Assembly (NCBI GenBank): GCA_052327205.1
Contig: CM126227.1
Location: forward strand, 16,368,001-16,432,000
Direction: 5' to 3'
DNA: 64,000 nucleotides
Source: Somniosus microcephalus
Lineage: Eukaryota
This document shows, in pieces, positions 24,759 through 38,042 of this stretch (positions within the stretch are counted from its first letter, which is position 1; each line of letters starts with the position of its first letter). The position numbers and the translations under genes were made by a program. The notes under the pieces were generated by a model. That model saw nothing but the letters and a program-made list of their open reading frames with translations. It made no database searches and was not told the origin of the DNA.

Positions 24759-27627
24759 CTACACACAGGGAACAGATGATTGGAGGAAGGGAAGAAACAG
24801 TAGGAGCAGCATGCACGGGAATGGGAAAAATGGAATAGAAACGTAAACAAGCATTCAAGAAATTCCATGACAACAAGCAACAATTAGATTGTTAAAAAAT
24901 TTCTCAACAAGTGTGGGGGTGGGGGGGGGGGGGGGGGTGGGGGGGGGGAACCTCAAGCTGTAAATAAAAAGAAGCCAGTGAATGATCGTCTCATCTTAAA
25001 AGACTCAGTCACATGATACACTAAACTGCAGTTGTCAAGGCAACAATGATTAATAATGGTTGCAATGATTACATTAAAAAAACCAGCTGAACAGCACACA
25101 CATAGGTTCAAATCACTTCTCATTCACTGTTCCAGTTCAAATGCAGTTCTCTCATTTTTTAAAGGCGGCAAAAGAATGGACGTCTGTGGTCGTTTCCTCA
25201 ACATCTTTGGTCTATTCACATTGCACTACATTTTATTAGAAGGAGTTAATGGCAGGAGTCAAGTTAACTGGTAGACTAGCAACCACTTCTAATATCCCAG
25301 CACACTTCAGGCTGGGGGAGGGAGGAGGTGAAGCAGTACATTTTGATGCTTATAAAAGATATGTCAATGTGCAAAAAGAAAAAAAAGGAAATATAAAAGG
25401 TTTAAAGAAAACGTTCCTCAAATAGTTAAGTGTGTATTTTCAATTTTTTTTTCCTCTGAATATATTAGTTTAGAAAAGTTACTAAATATTTTTATAAATA
25501 GCAGTAAAAAAAACTTGAGAGGACTGTTCCTAGTTTAGTTGGTTTTCTACCTCAGTGCTGTCTCCCTTGAGCTAAAAAGAACCAAAATAGTTTGGGTCTC
25601 AGCATTTTCCCAAAATACCTTCTATGGTCAGCAAAATCTGTATTTTATCACTTCAAATTTTATAGGTTATCCTGAAGATTTCGTCGATCAACTCCTCCTG
25701 ATCGACTTGTCCTACTTGACGGCACATGTCTCAAAGCAAGAATGCTGCGTTTCACGTTAAGTCAAATCTACGCTCCCCTCCGATTATATTGCTTAATTTA
25801 AAGAACTAAACTTTTAAATTAGGAAAAAAAAATCCATTCAAACTCTACTTTGAACAATAACATATTGCAGCTTTAATTCAATGAGGCAGATGCCGACTCA
25901 GATCAATTTCAGCCCAGCTGGTCAGATAAAGTTTCTTAAGGTATGGGATTACAAATTGATGGAACAGTTATTCAGCGCTGTGCTGGCTCTAGGGTCTGTA
26001 TAGATTTCAAGTGCACACATGAATCGCTCTTTAAAAACTAGGTTATTGGTTACTTTTTCCTAGTTAGAGGTACAAATCTTAAAGCTGCCAATTAGCTTTA
26101 CTGGGTAAATTTAACGAGCGTGAACGAAGCCAAAGGTGAACAGAATTTTCGAAAGCATCTCAGAAAATTCTCAATGCACCAATCTTAATGGTTGGACTCG
26201 GACCTTTGCTGCTTTGCTCTGGTCTACAAGAAGTTGAAGGGGGGCGGGGTGAGGCGGTAGGAGCTAACTGTTGGTTGCTGCTGCCCTGGGAGAGGAGAGG
26301 GGAGGGGAAGAGGGGTAAAGACAGGACTGAATGTGTGTGTGTGTGCGCGCGCGCGGGCGGGGGAGACGGAGTTTTAAAGTAACACCACACAGTGCCTTGC
26401 CCAGGTCAGGTGAACTGCCTGGGTGATAACTAAGGAGGAGGAGATGGTTGGTGCTGCCTGGGAAGATATGGCCCTCCCCTCCCACTGGTTCACTGCAGTC
26501 CCCACCACGCCCAGTTTGATTGGAACCCTTCTGTTCTCCACCCCCGCCCCACAACCCCATCTTGCGGGAGACAAGAAGCCCTTCCTCCCACTTACCGACT
26601 AATACCAGCTAGCCATTTGACCCCTAGCGACTAATTACACTGACTGGCCTGAAGACTAAATTTTTTTCCCCGTGCACACTGCCGAATGGTAAACGCACGT
26701 TCTAAATGATGCCTTAATTTATAGGCACAACTCAAAGCACTTCATAGACCCATCAAGGAAAAGGGAAACACTTAGCAGTTGCATCTCTCTGCTATTTAAC
26801 AAGACACAGCGGTTTGATGTCTTCTATTGTGAGATAACAATGTGATAATGCTAAATGCAATGTGATAACGCTCAATGTGATAATGCCAAATGCATTTGTC
26901 TGAAGTGGTTTTGTTTCCTAGTTAAGTGGAAATGTTAAAAGTATTTCTTTTTAAAAAGCCTCTACTACCGTAGTGAAGAAATTTCAGACAAACATATTTG
27001 TGTGCTATTATCCCACTGTGCAATTCCAAAGCTATGGAGTCACATAGGAAAATGATCAAAGTACCTAAAAAGGGAGGGGGGGGGGGTGGGGGCGGAGGAA
27101 AGGGATCAGCAGAATTGTGAAGTGAAAGAACAAATAAAGTAACACTACCCTGCAAACAGTGCTACTAGGGTTGTGGAAAGCGCTCTATGCATTGACAGAT
27201 GTTCCTCAGGAAAGGAACAATTTAGTGAAATATTAGGTTAAAAAGCTAACTTTTTCAACAGTCAAAACTCAAGTGTGTTATGGGAGATGCGGTTCAGGCA
27301 AAAAAATATCAAAGAGGGCAAAAATAAAACAAACTAGCATTCCCCCAAAAGGGTGTGATTTTCGCCAAGCTGAACAGCAGTGACAAACGCCATTTTAATT
27401 TACAATATTTGCAGATGTACAGCGTGGTTTCAAAAACATCGCTTTTTCCAAAAGTGTTAAGACATGAAATGAATCAAGTCTGGTGAAAACTGGAATTATT
27501 TTCTGATAATGAAATGACAATAAACCTGCAGCAATTGGGGCACAATTGTTAATCTTCAGTGATGCGGTTACTACAGGTCAACTGATAGCCACCTAGACAC
27601 CAGGAAATAAAATACAGTGACGGGCAA

Positions 27628-28135
27628 GTGTGATTGCACTCGAGAGGGTACAGAGGAGATTTACGAGGATGTTTCCAGGACTGGAGAATTTTAGCTATGA
27701 GGAAAGATTGGATAGGCCGGGGTTGTTTTCTTTGGAAAAGAGGCTGAGGGGAGACTTGATTGAGGTGTATAAAATTATGAGGGGCCTAGGTAGAGTGGAT
27801 ACGAAGGACCAACTTCCCTTGGCAGAGCGGTCAATAACCAGGGGGAACAGATTTAAAGTAATTGGTAGAAGGATTAGAGGGGAGTTGAGGAGAAGTTTTT
27901 TCACTCAGAGGGTGGTGGGTGTCTGGAACTCACTGCCTGAAAAGGGTGGTAGAGACAGAAACCCTCATCGCATTTAAAAAGTACTTGGATGTGCACCTGA
28001 AGTGCTGTTAACCTACAGGGCTACGGACCAAGAGCTGGAAAGTGGGTTTCGGCTGGCTAGCTCTTTTTCGGCCGGCACAGACACGATGGGCCGAATGGCT
28101 TCCTTTCGTGCCGTAAATTTCCATGATTCTATGAT
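27628..28135 (+). mobile_element. CR1 LINE 3' fragment
   Basis: ORF 27630 IALERVQRRFTRMFPGLENFSYEERL...GDLIEVYK; tail ccatgattctatga. Confidence 0.9.
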
Positions 28136-28909
28136 GTGGTAGATTCTGAACTGACTGATCTGGTAGGATCCTGTTTATTCTGTGTTTTAAAAAATTTAAT
28201 ACCAGAAGCCGACTACAGGAAATGGCTGTCCAGGTTTTGGTGAAAATTCACCTGGTTTAATAAAAGCTATTGGACAGCTATTACCACATGTGCCGCATAT
28301 TATGAAAGCATAGTATGACAATGCACTATAATTGGACAATTTTAATAGTATTTTCTTTTCCCAATAACATTTACTGAGAATGCAAGATATTGGCTCTCAT
28401 TTCTGAAGACGTTCAAGTAATAAAGGCAAGAGATTTTTTAGCAGTGAAGTGTTAAGGCGAGATCTAATTATGGGGTGTGTGTCCATTATAGCACTGGCAT
28501 TTTCAGAAATCAGTTCACTAACTTTGGCAGAGATACTGGCTATAAAGGATTGACTGCATAAATCCTTCTTCACCATCAGACACTGACCAGATTAATTTTG
28601 ACATTTGTGTTAGATGCAGAGCTGATTTAAACGTATTAAATGAGCAACTATGTGTGGGTTGGGGAGAAGAATATTTTAAATGTAAATTGCTCTCATGTCG
28701 ATGAAACATGTTACCTTGTAGGAGGTATATTTAATGCAATTGCCCTCAGTGGACCAGCCACTCACTAGCTCGCTTGGGAGCCACTCCACAATGGAACCAT
28801 CAGAAAGTGCTTACAGAAAGAACTGTGCACATCCACTGCCTTTCAAGTGTAGAATACTAATTAGAAGGCGGCAGAGTTTGAACACTTCAGAACCACTGGA
28901 TACCTCTGT

Positions 28910-29270
28910 ACACATCTGTACTGAATTTCTCAGAAACAAGCACAGAAGATGCTGTTAAACACTCAACAGATTGGCCAGCGTCTGTGGAGAGAGCAGACAA
29001 GCACACCTTTCAGGTGCGGCCCCCTTTGTCAGAATACCGTGAAGTGGCTTGGCGGGTGGGGGGGGGGGGGGGGGGGTGGGGGGAGAAGGGGAGATTTTGC
29101 CACAGCTCCCATCCCTGATCGGCATCTTGTGACTGCAGTTCCGATCCAAGGGTCCATACCGAAAATGGCAACTTGTCTGTTCGCCCCACAGATGTTGCCA
29201 GATGTGCCGAGTGTTTCGAGCATGTTCTGCATTTGTTTCAGATTTCTGAACCTGCAGCAGCTTGCTTTTT
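28910..29270. mobile_element. Older Penelope-derived inverted pLTR pair with spacer
   Basis: Arms cagaagatgctgttaaacactcaacagattggccagcgtctgtggagagagcagacaag and cttgtctgttcgccccacagatgttgccagatgtgccgagtgtttcgagcatgttctg are imperfect reverse complements resembling the pLTR family. Confidence 0.55.
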
Positions 29271-29948
29271 GTGCATATTGAATTTTTTTATTTTTTATAC
29301 ACACCTTCCAATTGATATCCAGAAGCAGAAAGGACACTTAGTTTGTATTGCTTCTTACACGGCTACTGCTGACTGGCATCAGCTAAGCAATTCACTCACA
29401 AAGCTGAAATCCTGGAGTAGTGCTTCCCCATAGTGTTAGAGTAATTACTTAAAATTTCATACACCAGAGCTCCTTAAGATGATTTACTTGCTAAGGCAAT
29501 GTCTACTGTGGAACTGTACCATATAGACCAGGCCGGTTAGAACTGGCTGGGTTAACTGATCTTAACAGGGTGCTGGTTGGACACTAGAATTGCCCTATTA
29601 CCCTTAGTGTGCATGGGATTGAGGTTGAAGGGGGGGTGGGGCGTGGGGGCAGTGTGGGGGGCGAGAAATCAGTTATGGCTCCCATTCCTGATCGCCATCA
29701 TGTGACTGCTGTTGTAAAGGTTGAATAAGGACAGGATGAGGTTCAACCGTGATGCCTTCCATGTGCAAACAGCCTGCCAACACTCACATAAATGATCACA
29801 CACGAGGAAGGGCTATTTGGGTGAGATTGTATTATTGCTGCCACCTGTGGCACTGTAGCCCGAGACAAGTCAGTCCCGGGGGCGGTGAGGGGAAGATTTA
29901 GTATCTCCTACAAGGTTGGTCTCTTAAGCTGAATTTCCTTTAAGCTTA

Positions 29949-30147
29949 CAATAGCAAAATACTGCGGATGCTGGGAATCTGAAACAACAGAAAACGTTGG
30001 AAAAACTCAGCAGGCCAGGCAGCATCTGTGGAGAGAGAAACAGAGTTAATGTTTTCTGACGAAAGGTCTTCGACCTGAAACGTTAACTCTGTTTCTCTCT
30101 CCACGGATGCTGCCTGGCCTGCTGAGTTTATCCAGCATTTTCTGTTG
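29949..30147. mobile_element. Penelope-derived palindromic element with hammerhead core
   Basis: Inverted pLTR arms; 14-bp TSD TTCCTTTAAGCTTA (29935-29948 / 30148-30161); CTGACGA-A-AGGTC-ttc-GACCT-GAAACGTT at 30056. Confidence 0.85.
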
Positions 30148-32001
30148 TTCCTTTAAGCTTATATAGATGATGAAGTGAATACTTTCAATGTAAAGCCCAT
30201 CTCTCTACACTTTTTCACTTTTAAGTGTTTTTAAGAGCATCCATTGACACATTTTGTCAGTTTAAAAACTTCCATACTTTGACAGTCCAAAGAGTGTCAG
30301 AAGCATGCTAAATATTCAGTTAAGATACATCCTTCTGTAAGGTACAACTGATTAAGCTGTGAACTGGGGGAGTTACTGAATTATTTAGATAGGCCTATTT
30401 TTTTCCCCCCAGATCAAGCTTAAGAATTTCAAATATATCTGGTTAGTTATCTAATCTCTAAAAACGTTAATCTTTATCATTGAACATTTTTTTTCCAGAA
30501 AAATTGAAATCAGTTTGGAATATTAATTTAAACACATTTATGTCTGCAGTTAGCACGCTAGACACTCCACTTGGATTTGTGAATGATCGTGAAAGCTTTT
30601 GAAAAAACAGATTACTTTTTTTTTCATTCGGAGGGAAACAGCAATTTAGTGAAAACAGAGCTTTAGGTTGTGGTCCAATTACACTTTCCCAGAGACTATG
30701 CTACTTGTGTGTCCTCATCACAGTGATTGTGCAACTGAATGTGCACCCCTTCAAGATCAGTGAAGTGCACAAAAATGGGTAGGATAGAAAAAAGGGCACT
30801 CAACAGATTGCCTATGAAGCAACAACCTCGCTGTCATTCAATTTAAATTGCGTTAAAGTTTAAAAACTTTGCTAGGATAACGGTTGGGGCAATTTATCTG
30901 GGAAGTAGCAAAATATTCAGCGAACATATTAGAAATTCTGCTTAAAGAAATATTTATTATGTAGGGATTTATTTACATACATCATTTGGTAAGTGGGGAA
31001 AAAAGATGTTTTTGAAGGCAGATGACTTTGCATGAAGCGTTCTGCAGGAATGGATGAAGTAATATTTGGGTCCCTAGAAAGAATTAATTAAAAAAAATAT
31101 TGGCATAATTTAGCATGCTGCACTCAGTTATTTCAAAACATTATGAAAATTAAAGGATAAATTACCAACAACTTATATAATAAGCCGAGGCATGAAAATC
31201 TATCCTAAATATTAATTCTCCCTTCCTTCAAAATCAATCTTTTTTTAAAAACAGATTTAGGAGAATATATTTTGCTTGGCTAAATTTAATAATGAAAATT
31301 TTTTTTTAAATCAAATGAAATCTGAACTACAATTACTAACCAGGTGTGAACAGAATTTGTAACAAACTGCATTGTCTACACATTTCATGTCTTGTTAGAA
31401 TGCGTTTAGTGCAGCATTACAGAGATAGACCCAGAAATATTAATGCAAGGATACAGCAAGAATCCATAAGCTTAACCAACCCGAGCAGCAGGCGTTCTCT
31501 GCACTTGATCAGAAGTATGCCGAATAGGATTATCGCATTGGCGTTTTGAGTTTTAAACAGATATTTCATTTAATAGGCGCAAAGCATCATTAATTGCAAA
31601 ACAGTTAATTAGCATGCTTTTGAGCACTGAGTGATAAGCTGCATTTGTAGTTCCTTTTAAAAAGATAGAATAGATCACATCTGTCCTCAATGTGCCAATA
31701 AAATGGAAGTCTTACTATTTATCCATCCCTTTCAAGGATAATTAATAGCATCGCCGTCCTCAGCAAACATCAGCTCTTGTACATGCCAAGCACTTGAGGC
31801 CCACGTAGGCTTTTTTCTTATACATTTTCAGTTTGCTTGTGGAAGCAATTCTTTGTATTATAGTTTGTGAATTTTTTTACACAGCATGTGGATTTAAGAT
31901 GAAGGTTATTGTTTTGAACAGAGCTGGAAGAACTCACGGTTTCATTGAATTTAGAGATTTTAATTTGACAAAAGGGACCTTCAACCTAACAATACCCATT
32001 A

Positions 32002-32397
32002 CAGGAAACTCTATGGTATCCGGCACCGACGGGACCGGGATGGTGCAGTCGATTAAAAATTCCGGATGATGGAGAGGGTTATCTACCGAGGCTATTTTTA
32101 ACAAACAAAAATTAAAAAGTCAAGAAATGTGCAGTATACAGTAATTGCCGGATCAGAAGAGACTACCGGCAGCGCGGGAGAGTCAGACTCCTGTTATTGA
32201 GATGTTCGGACTTCCGACAGCGCCAAGAAGCCGAGTAGTGGCAGTTCGGAGAACTACCCCCACTGACTAACTCGGCCACTGCGGGAGACTCGGACTCGGC
32301 AACATTTCCGGTTATTGAGGTGTTGTTTTCGGAGTATGAATTTTGCCGGTTAATAGAGAATTCCGGATATTTAGGTGTCGTTTAAACGAGTTTCCTG
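32002..32397 (-). mobile_element. Tc1/mariner-type MITE, copy C (same terminal family, different interior)
   Basis: TA|CAGGAAACTC...GAGTTTCCTG|TA; subterminal atccggcaccgacgggaccg and ccggttaa...ttccggatatttaggtg shared with 45635-45955 in the same orientation. Confidence 0.8.
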
Positions 32398-35049
32398 TAT
32401 ATACAAACTAGGGGATTTGATGCTTTCACAGCCAAATACATGACCTTCACCAATAGCCAGTGCTCTAATCAAAGAGGTTCTGCTCTTTGGAGATGTAATA
32501 GTGTGTGTTGCTTCTTCAGCATGGTGGCAAAAAACTGGTCCTATACTGGGAACTCAAAAAAATACATTCTTCCAACCTTGCTTCAAAACTGAGGTAAATA
32601 AACTCTAGAGGTGTACAAAATACAGGCCAATGTTGTTTTATCCATTTCCTCTCATGCCCTTGCACTGTAGTCAAGGAAACAGGCAAGCATGTAGGCAGCC
32701 TGGTTTCAGGACTCTTAGCAGCCACCTCCAGTGGCATTGGCAGAGTTCCAAGGCAGCAGCTCGCGTCTTCCTCACATTTGCCCTCCTCTGAAGTACCTAC
32801 CTTCCACTTGGTGCCTCCTCATCACAACAGCCTAGATTGGGACCTGCAGAAGTGAATTGATGTCCTCTCTCTCTATGACACAGTGCACGAGTACACGACC
32901 ATGGTAAGTTGCCCCACACTTCACTTTGTATCACCGTTAAGGATTTATTTTGTTGGCGCCACTGTTTGCATAAGTAGCGGTTTCAACAGATCCAGATTAA
33001 TAGGAGAGGCGGCAGAGACTAAATTTGAGAAGCTTCAGCCAAAAGATTCACAATTCTGAATCCTATTATTGTCAACACAAGGACACTGAATGAATGTGCC
33101 ATAAATCAAAAGCAATTTATTATGACAAAAGTTTTTTTTAATTTAAATTTTTTTAAAAAGCTGCGTTTTACCCCATCCAATCTTGGACCAACAGAATTGC
33201 AAAGTGTTTTGTGGCCGCAAAAATAACCACTCCTCGGAGAAGAGTGCTTTGACAGTACGATTTTCAAAGACACAAATGAATCGCTGCAATCTTAAAAAGC
33301 ACAAAATTATCCTGTCATAACATTCTTGTTCGTAATGAAGTAGGTGACAAGGACAAATAAGTCAATGCATATCCTGCAGGAACTTGTAAATGATAGTCAG
33401 AAGAGAAACAGAAAAGCTGGTCAGAATTTGAAATGTGATGCAGGAGATTTTTTTTTTAACAAAAGGGATAAAAAGAAACAAAAGCAACACAATGCGCCAG
33501 CACTGTGCTTGTCCGTAGTAAACATAGAAAGAAATTATGCAGGCCACGAGAATTGGACAAGTACAGCAGCTTGTGTTGAACCAGGGAGGTAATCAATTCC
33601 ATAAATTACCCTCAGTGATTAACGTGAATATATCTATTGCTTGAAAAAAGTAAACCGAGGATTTAATTCCAATTGATCTTTTGGCAATATTAAGGCGAAG
33701 ATGGCAAATAGCTGGCGAATCTTTTTTCAGGAAAAAAAAAATCCCAATTTATCTTCAAATATAATGATGCAGTCCAATAGTAATAAGGATTTACTAGAAG
33801 GTCTGAGCATTCAATCAGCTGCAGACTATCAAGAGCTTCAGGAGGCAATTACTATTGCCATGCAAACAGCTTACTCTTCCACTGGAACAGGATATCACTT
33901 TAAAAAAAAAAGAATCTCATCACTCGAGAGAACAAAAACCAGCATTTCTACGGTTAATGTTCTCGGGATGGCTGCCTGGATATCCTATTATACTGCAGTC
34001 TCCACTTTCTGGTTTAAGAGCGGGGGGAAATTGTGCCACATGAATACCCTAACCGAAAACATTGGTTAGAAAATAACACTGTCCTTTATCTCAAACTGCA
34101 AAAAATACTGCACAAGTACTGTGGTTAAACCCGACACCCTTATCTTTACCTGTACTTAAGACAAATGCATAATGAAGGTTGGACTCTGCATTAGAAAAAG
34201 CAAATGGAAACGACTTCAGTAAAAGGGCTGCTCGATTCCACACAGCCAGCTTCAATAGCAGAGGACCTCAAAGCAAGATGAGTACAGCAGGCAGGGAAAC
34301 CAATGTAGGGGCACTCATAACTTATACTAACCGCCCACAAAAAACTGGAATGCTGAGCTCCTATACGGCGCCAAGATAACAAAGTTCTTCAACGTGCAGA
34401 CCTGTGAAGGCACTTGGATATTTCAGAACCTTTAAAAATAACCTTGGAGGAAATGCCTTCAGAGCACTAACGCATCCACAGAAGGGACATTAAGAACGTT
34501 TAGAAACACTGAAAATTTAAACTTATTCCCGACCCCGCTTCCTCGTCCCGCCCTTTGCCAATAATCACCATTGTGGCCCTCCAGGCTAATCAGCTGACGT
34601 TAGTGACTAGCAGTGTCATGGGACGTACTATTGTGTGCTCGGCCTGTAATGAAACCGCCAGGCTTGCACATCTTCTGATCTGTGCCCAGGCTATGGGATG
34701 AACCGAGAACGCTTGAATTGAGGCGTCTCTGTGGCAACAGGAAATTTTCTTTGTCTTCCATCTTTTCTGACATTGAGGGATGGGGATTGTTTGTTCGGCG
34801 GGGTGGGGGGGTGTGGAGAGAACGTGCAGTAGTTTGAAAGCAGTAGAAACCTAAGTTTGATTTCACCTATTCACCCAATCTCTTGATCTATCTTTGCGTT
34901 TGTGTTACTCAGTCAAACCTTGAACATGTTGTCCTACAGTACAAGGATTGGATTTTCATCTATCTGCTGTATTTAAAAAAAAACCTGCCTTAAGTTTTGA
35001 CTTTTTAGATATTTTGCCACAAAATTACAAAAAAATCTGTTCATAACAG

Positions 35050-35212
35050 TAACTTTCAATAGGGAATTGGATAAATACTTGAAGGGGAAAAACTTGAAAG
35101 ACTATGGGGAAAGAGCAGAGGGAGTGGAAGTAACTGGATCGCTCTTTCAAAGAGCCGGCACAGGCACGATGGGACGAATGGCCTCCTTCTGTGCTGTAAG
35201 ACTCTATCTATG
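35050..35212 (+). mobile_element. Short CR1 3' end
   Basis: ggaattggataaatacttgaagg...gccggcacaggcacgatggg.cgaatggcctccttctgtgctgtaa. Confidence 0.8.
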
Positions 35213-36306
35213 AAAGGCAGTCTCCCATAGAGCTTACTTTAGAAATAATTACTGCATGTACACAAGATTAAATAAGTACTGTATACCCATTGATAGTAAA
35301 TGGGAACAATTGGGACAGCTCGGACAAGAGGCCTGGCAATGAGTAAATACAATAAAAATCAATTTTAATGTATATAGTTAATAGCTTTCTGTAATTACTC
35401 TGTATATGTGCACACAGCACAGTCCCTTTTGCACTGGTTTCCTAATGGGAACTCATCAAGGACATCAGATAGCCTTTAACATAATTGCTATCAACCTTGT
35501 TTATATATAGAACATGCACAGATGGAATTTGTACACAACTAATCTTAATGTTCTCCCGATGGAAGAAACTCTTTTGCAGTCTCTTCAGTGTTAAGGGAAA
35601 CCCCCCCCCCAAAGCATTTAACAAATTCTACGACTTAAATTTACAAAAGGATCAGATGTATTTATTCTATGAAGCATTTCAGCCTACCCCTCCAGAAATC
35701 CTAGCCTTCAAATCTTTAGGGATTACTTGAAAAGGAAATCAAAACTGCTCTCAAAAAGGAAAACTGCAGATTTGTTTCTCAATTCCTTGAGCCATTTGCC
35801 AGTACATAGGTTGCTCACAAAAGTGTGAGCCCCTGTTTGAGAGCATGCAGGCCAACAGTCACAGGGTGTTTCCTTCAGATTCTGTTGCTGATGTTTCCCT
35901 GTTATCAGTGAGCAGGCAGACGAGACAGTTGCAGGGAAGGCCGGGAATCTACGTAGCTACAGGGATACAGAGTGGAACTCATCATGTTTGCCTGCAACTT
36001 GGAAAGTTATCTGGCCAAATTTGGGCATAGGTTGGATTGCTTGAATTGGCATTTTGATTACATTTGATCTGCACAACAATGAAAGTGCAGTTTACATCAC
36101 TTCTTAAGAAGTGAGACTAGCTGTTGTATAATACTCTATAGACGGGATGTTAATTCCCTGTAACGTGTTTATGAAATCATACTAGTGCAGCTTCAGGCAC
36201 GCAGTGCAATCTCTCATCTGTAATGAGCGATTCGATTAAGAGAGTCTGCCTCAATTCTCAATGCAGACAAATGACATCCCTTGCTGTAAACAGACCCATG
36301 AACCGT

Positions 36307-36765
36307 GTCAGCCGTGACTCAGTGGGCAGCACTCTCGCCTCTGAGTCAGAAGGGTGTGGGTTCTCAATCCCACTCCAGAGGCTGGAGCACAAAATCTAGG
36401 CCGACACTCCAGTGCAGTGCTGAGGGAGTGCCGCACTGTCGGAGGTGCTGGCTTTTGGATGAGACGTTAAACTGAGGCCCCGTCTACCCTCTCGGGTGGA
36501 CGTAAAAGATCCCATAGTAGAACAGGGGTGTTATCCCCGGTGTCCTGGTCAATATTTGTCCCTCAATCAACATCACTAAAACAGATTATCTGGTCATTAT
36601 CACATTGCTGTTTGTGGGAGCTTGCTGTGCGCAAACTGGCTGCCGCGTTTCCCACATTACAACAGTGACTACACTACAAAAAAAGTACTTCATTAGCTAT
36701 AAATTGTTTTGGGAAGTCCGGTGGTCGTGAAAGGCGCTATATAAATGCAAGTCTTTCTTTTCTTT
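36307..36765 (+). mobile_element. SacSINE1/Deu-type SINE, full length
   Basis: Same head, core and tail as 5431-5858. Confidence 0.88.
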
Positions 36766-37970
36766 TTTCATGAACTGCTTCTGTACAATAAGAACAGGTG
36801 GGAGAGTGTTTGAGGGTTGGGAGTCTTTCGGCAGAACACTCCAACATGACTCCTTACAGTTTATGGCATCACCGTAACCCTTTAATGTTACTGACCTGTA
36901 GCAGGCTGCAGATACCTTTTACAGAACAGAGTCAGATTTTGCTTATCTTCTTTAGGGATGGGCTTATGCCACTCAATGATCAAAAAACCCACAACATCTG
37001 ATGGTCAGGTCTGCTGCTTGGTTATGTCATGGGGCCAGTTGCTAATTGTGGCAAGTCAATTTAAAATATCACTTAAATTAGCTTGTCTTGTGGATATTCT
37101 TGGCTCAGATAACTGGATCATGTATTACAACATAGTTGAACCCTCCCCTTTCCCCTCAGGCCTATTCAGAATCCATTGTCACCTAATTTTGTGGGCGGTT
37201 TGTATGAGGAGGTGCTTTACAAACCTTTTTATTTACCACGCATACAATACAATGACATGAAATGCATTGGATTGAATCATTCTGTCCCTCACATGAGAAG
37301 AGCGATGACAGGTTTCTTGGCTTTCCTCCTGTCCAAACAGAAACATGTTGGAAAAGCATATTTTCATTAAGATAGCAACCCTTTTTAACATTAAGTTAAA
37401 GCAGATTGCTATTCTCTTTCTTCTCACTGACAGAATCCTATACTTCAGTTTGAATAAATACGCTGATGAAACTGGGCAAGTTTCACGGTTAAATCTCTGT
37501 GCTGATATCTATTTGATGTCGTAAGCCTTTTACTAAAAGATTAGTTGAATCCTGCTTTTATCGGGGCGCCCCAGTATTTAAACTATGTAACGAATAGCAA
37601 ACACAATGGGCCGGCAAGAAAAAAAACCCTTTTAGCAGGGAGGGCTTGTAAGAACACTAAACCCAACAAACGCAAGAATGTTTTTTTTAAAAAAGTGATT
37701 CCGTATTGGAAAGTATTTTTCCAGAGGATCGGGCATCTTTCCTCCGATACCACAAAGCAGGCAGCAGTCAGGAGATCTCAATCTGCCAATACAAAACTAA
37801 GAGCCATTCTGTCAGGAAATTAAATCCCGCGAGATGACAGCTTGCACCCTGAAGCTCTGTCGGTGGGGGTTCAGTTTAGATTCGCACAAACTGCTGCTGA
37901 TATTCCAACGTACCAAAAAAAAGAGTAGCAGCATCGAGGGCAAAAGCAAGATGGTATGTGGGTACTGTAC

Positions 37971-38042
37971 CTTCAGTGATGGTGGGGATGGTTGTGGTAG
38001 TAGTGGTGGTTGTAGTGGGAGGTGGGATAGTAGTGGGTACAT
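37971..38042 (-). CDS. CADM1: CADM1 Thr-rich (mucin-like, O-glycosylated) stalk exon (exon 8 equivalent), 72 nt
   Basis: ttttcaccatctag|AT GTA CCC...ACT GAA G|gtacag; (D)VPTTIPPPTTTTTTTTTIPTITE; phase 1-1; resembles mammalian DPPTTIPPPTTTT... Confidence 0.94.

Noticed and set aside
37876-37970. Read-through of exon 8 (GTVPTYHLAFALDAATLFFG...)
   Set aside because: Short open frame expected by chance; no clear adjacent poly(A) signal or known counterpart.
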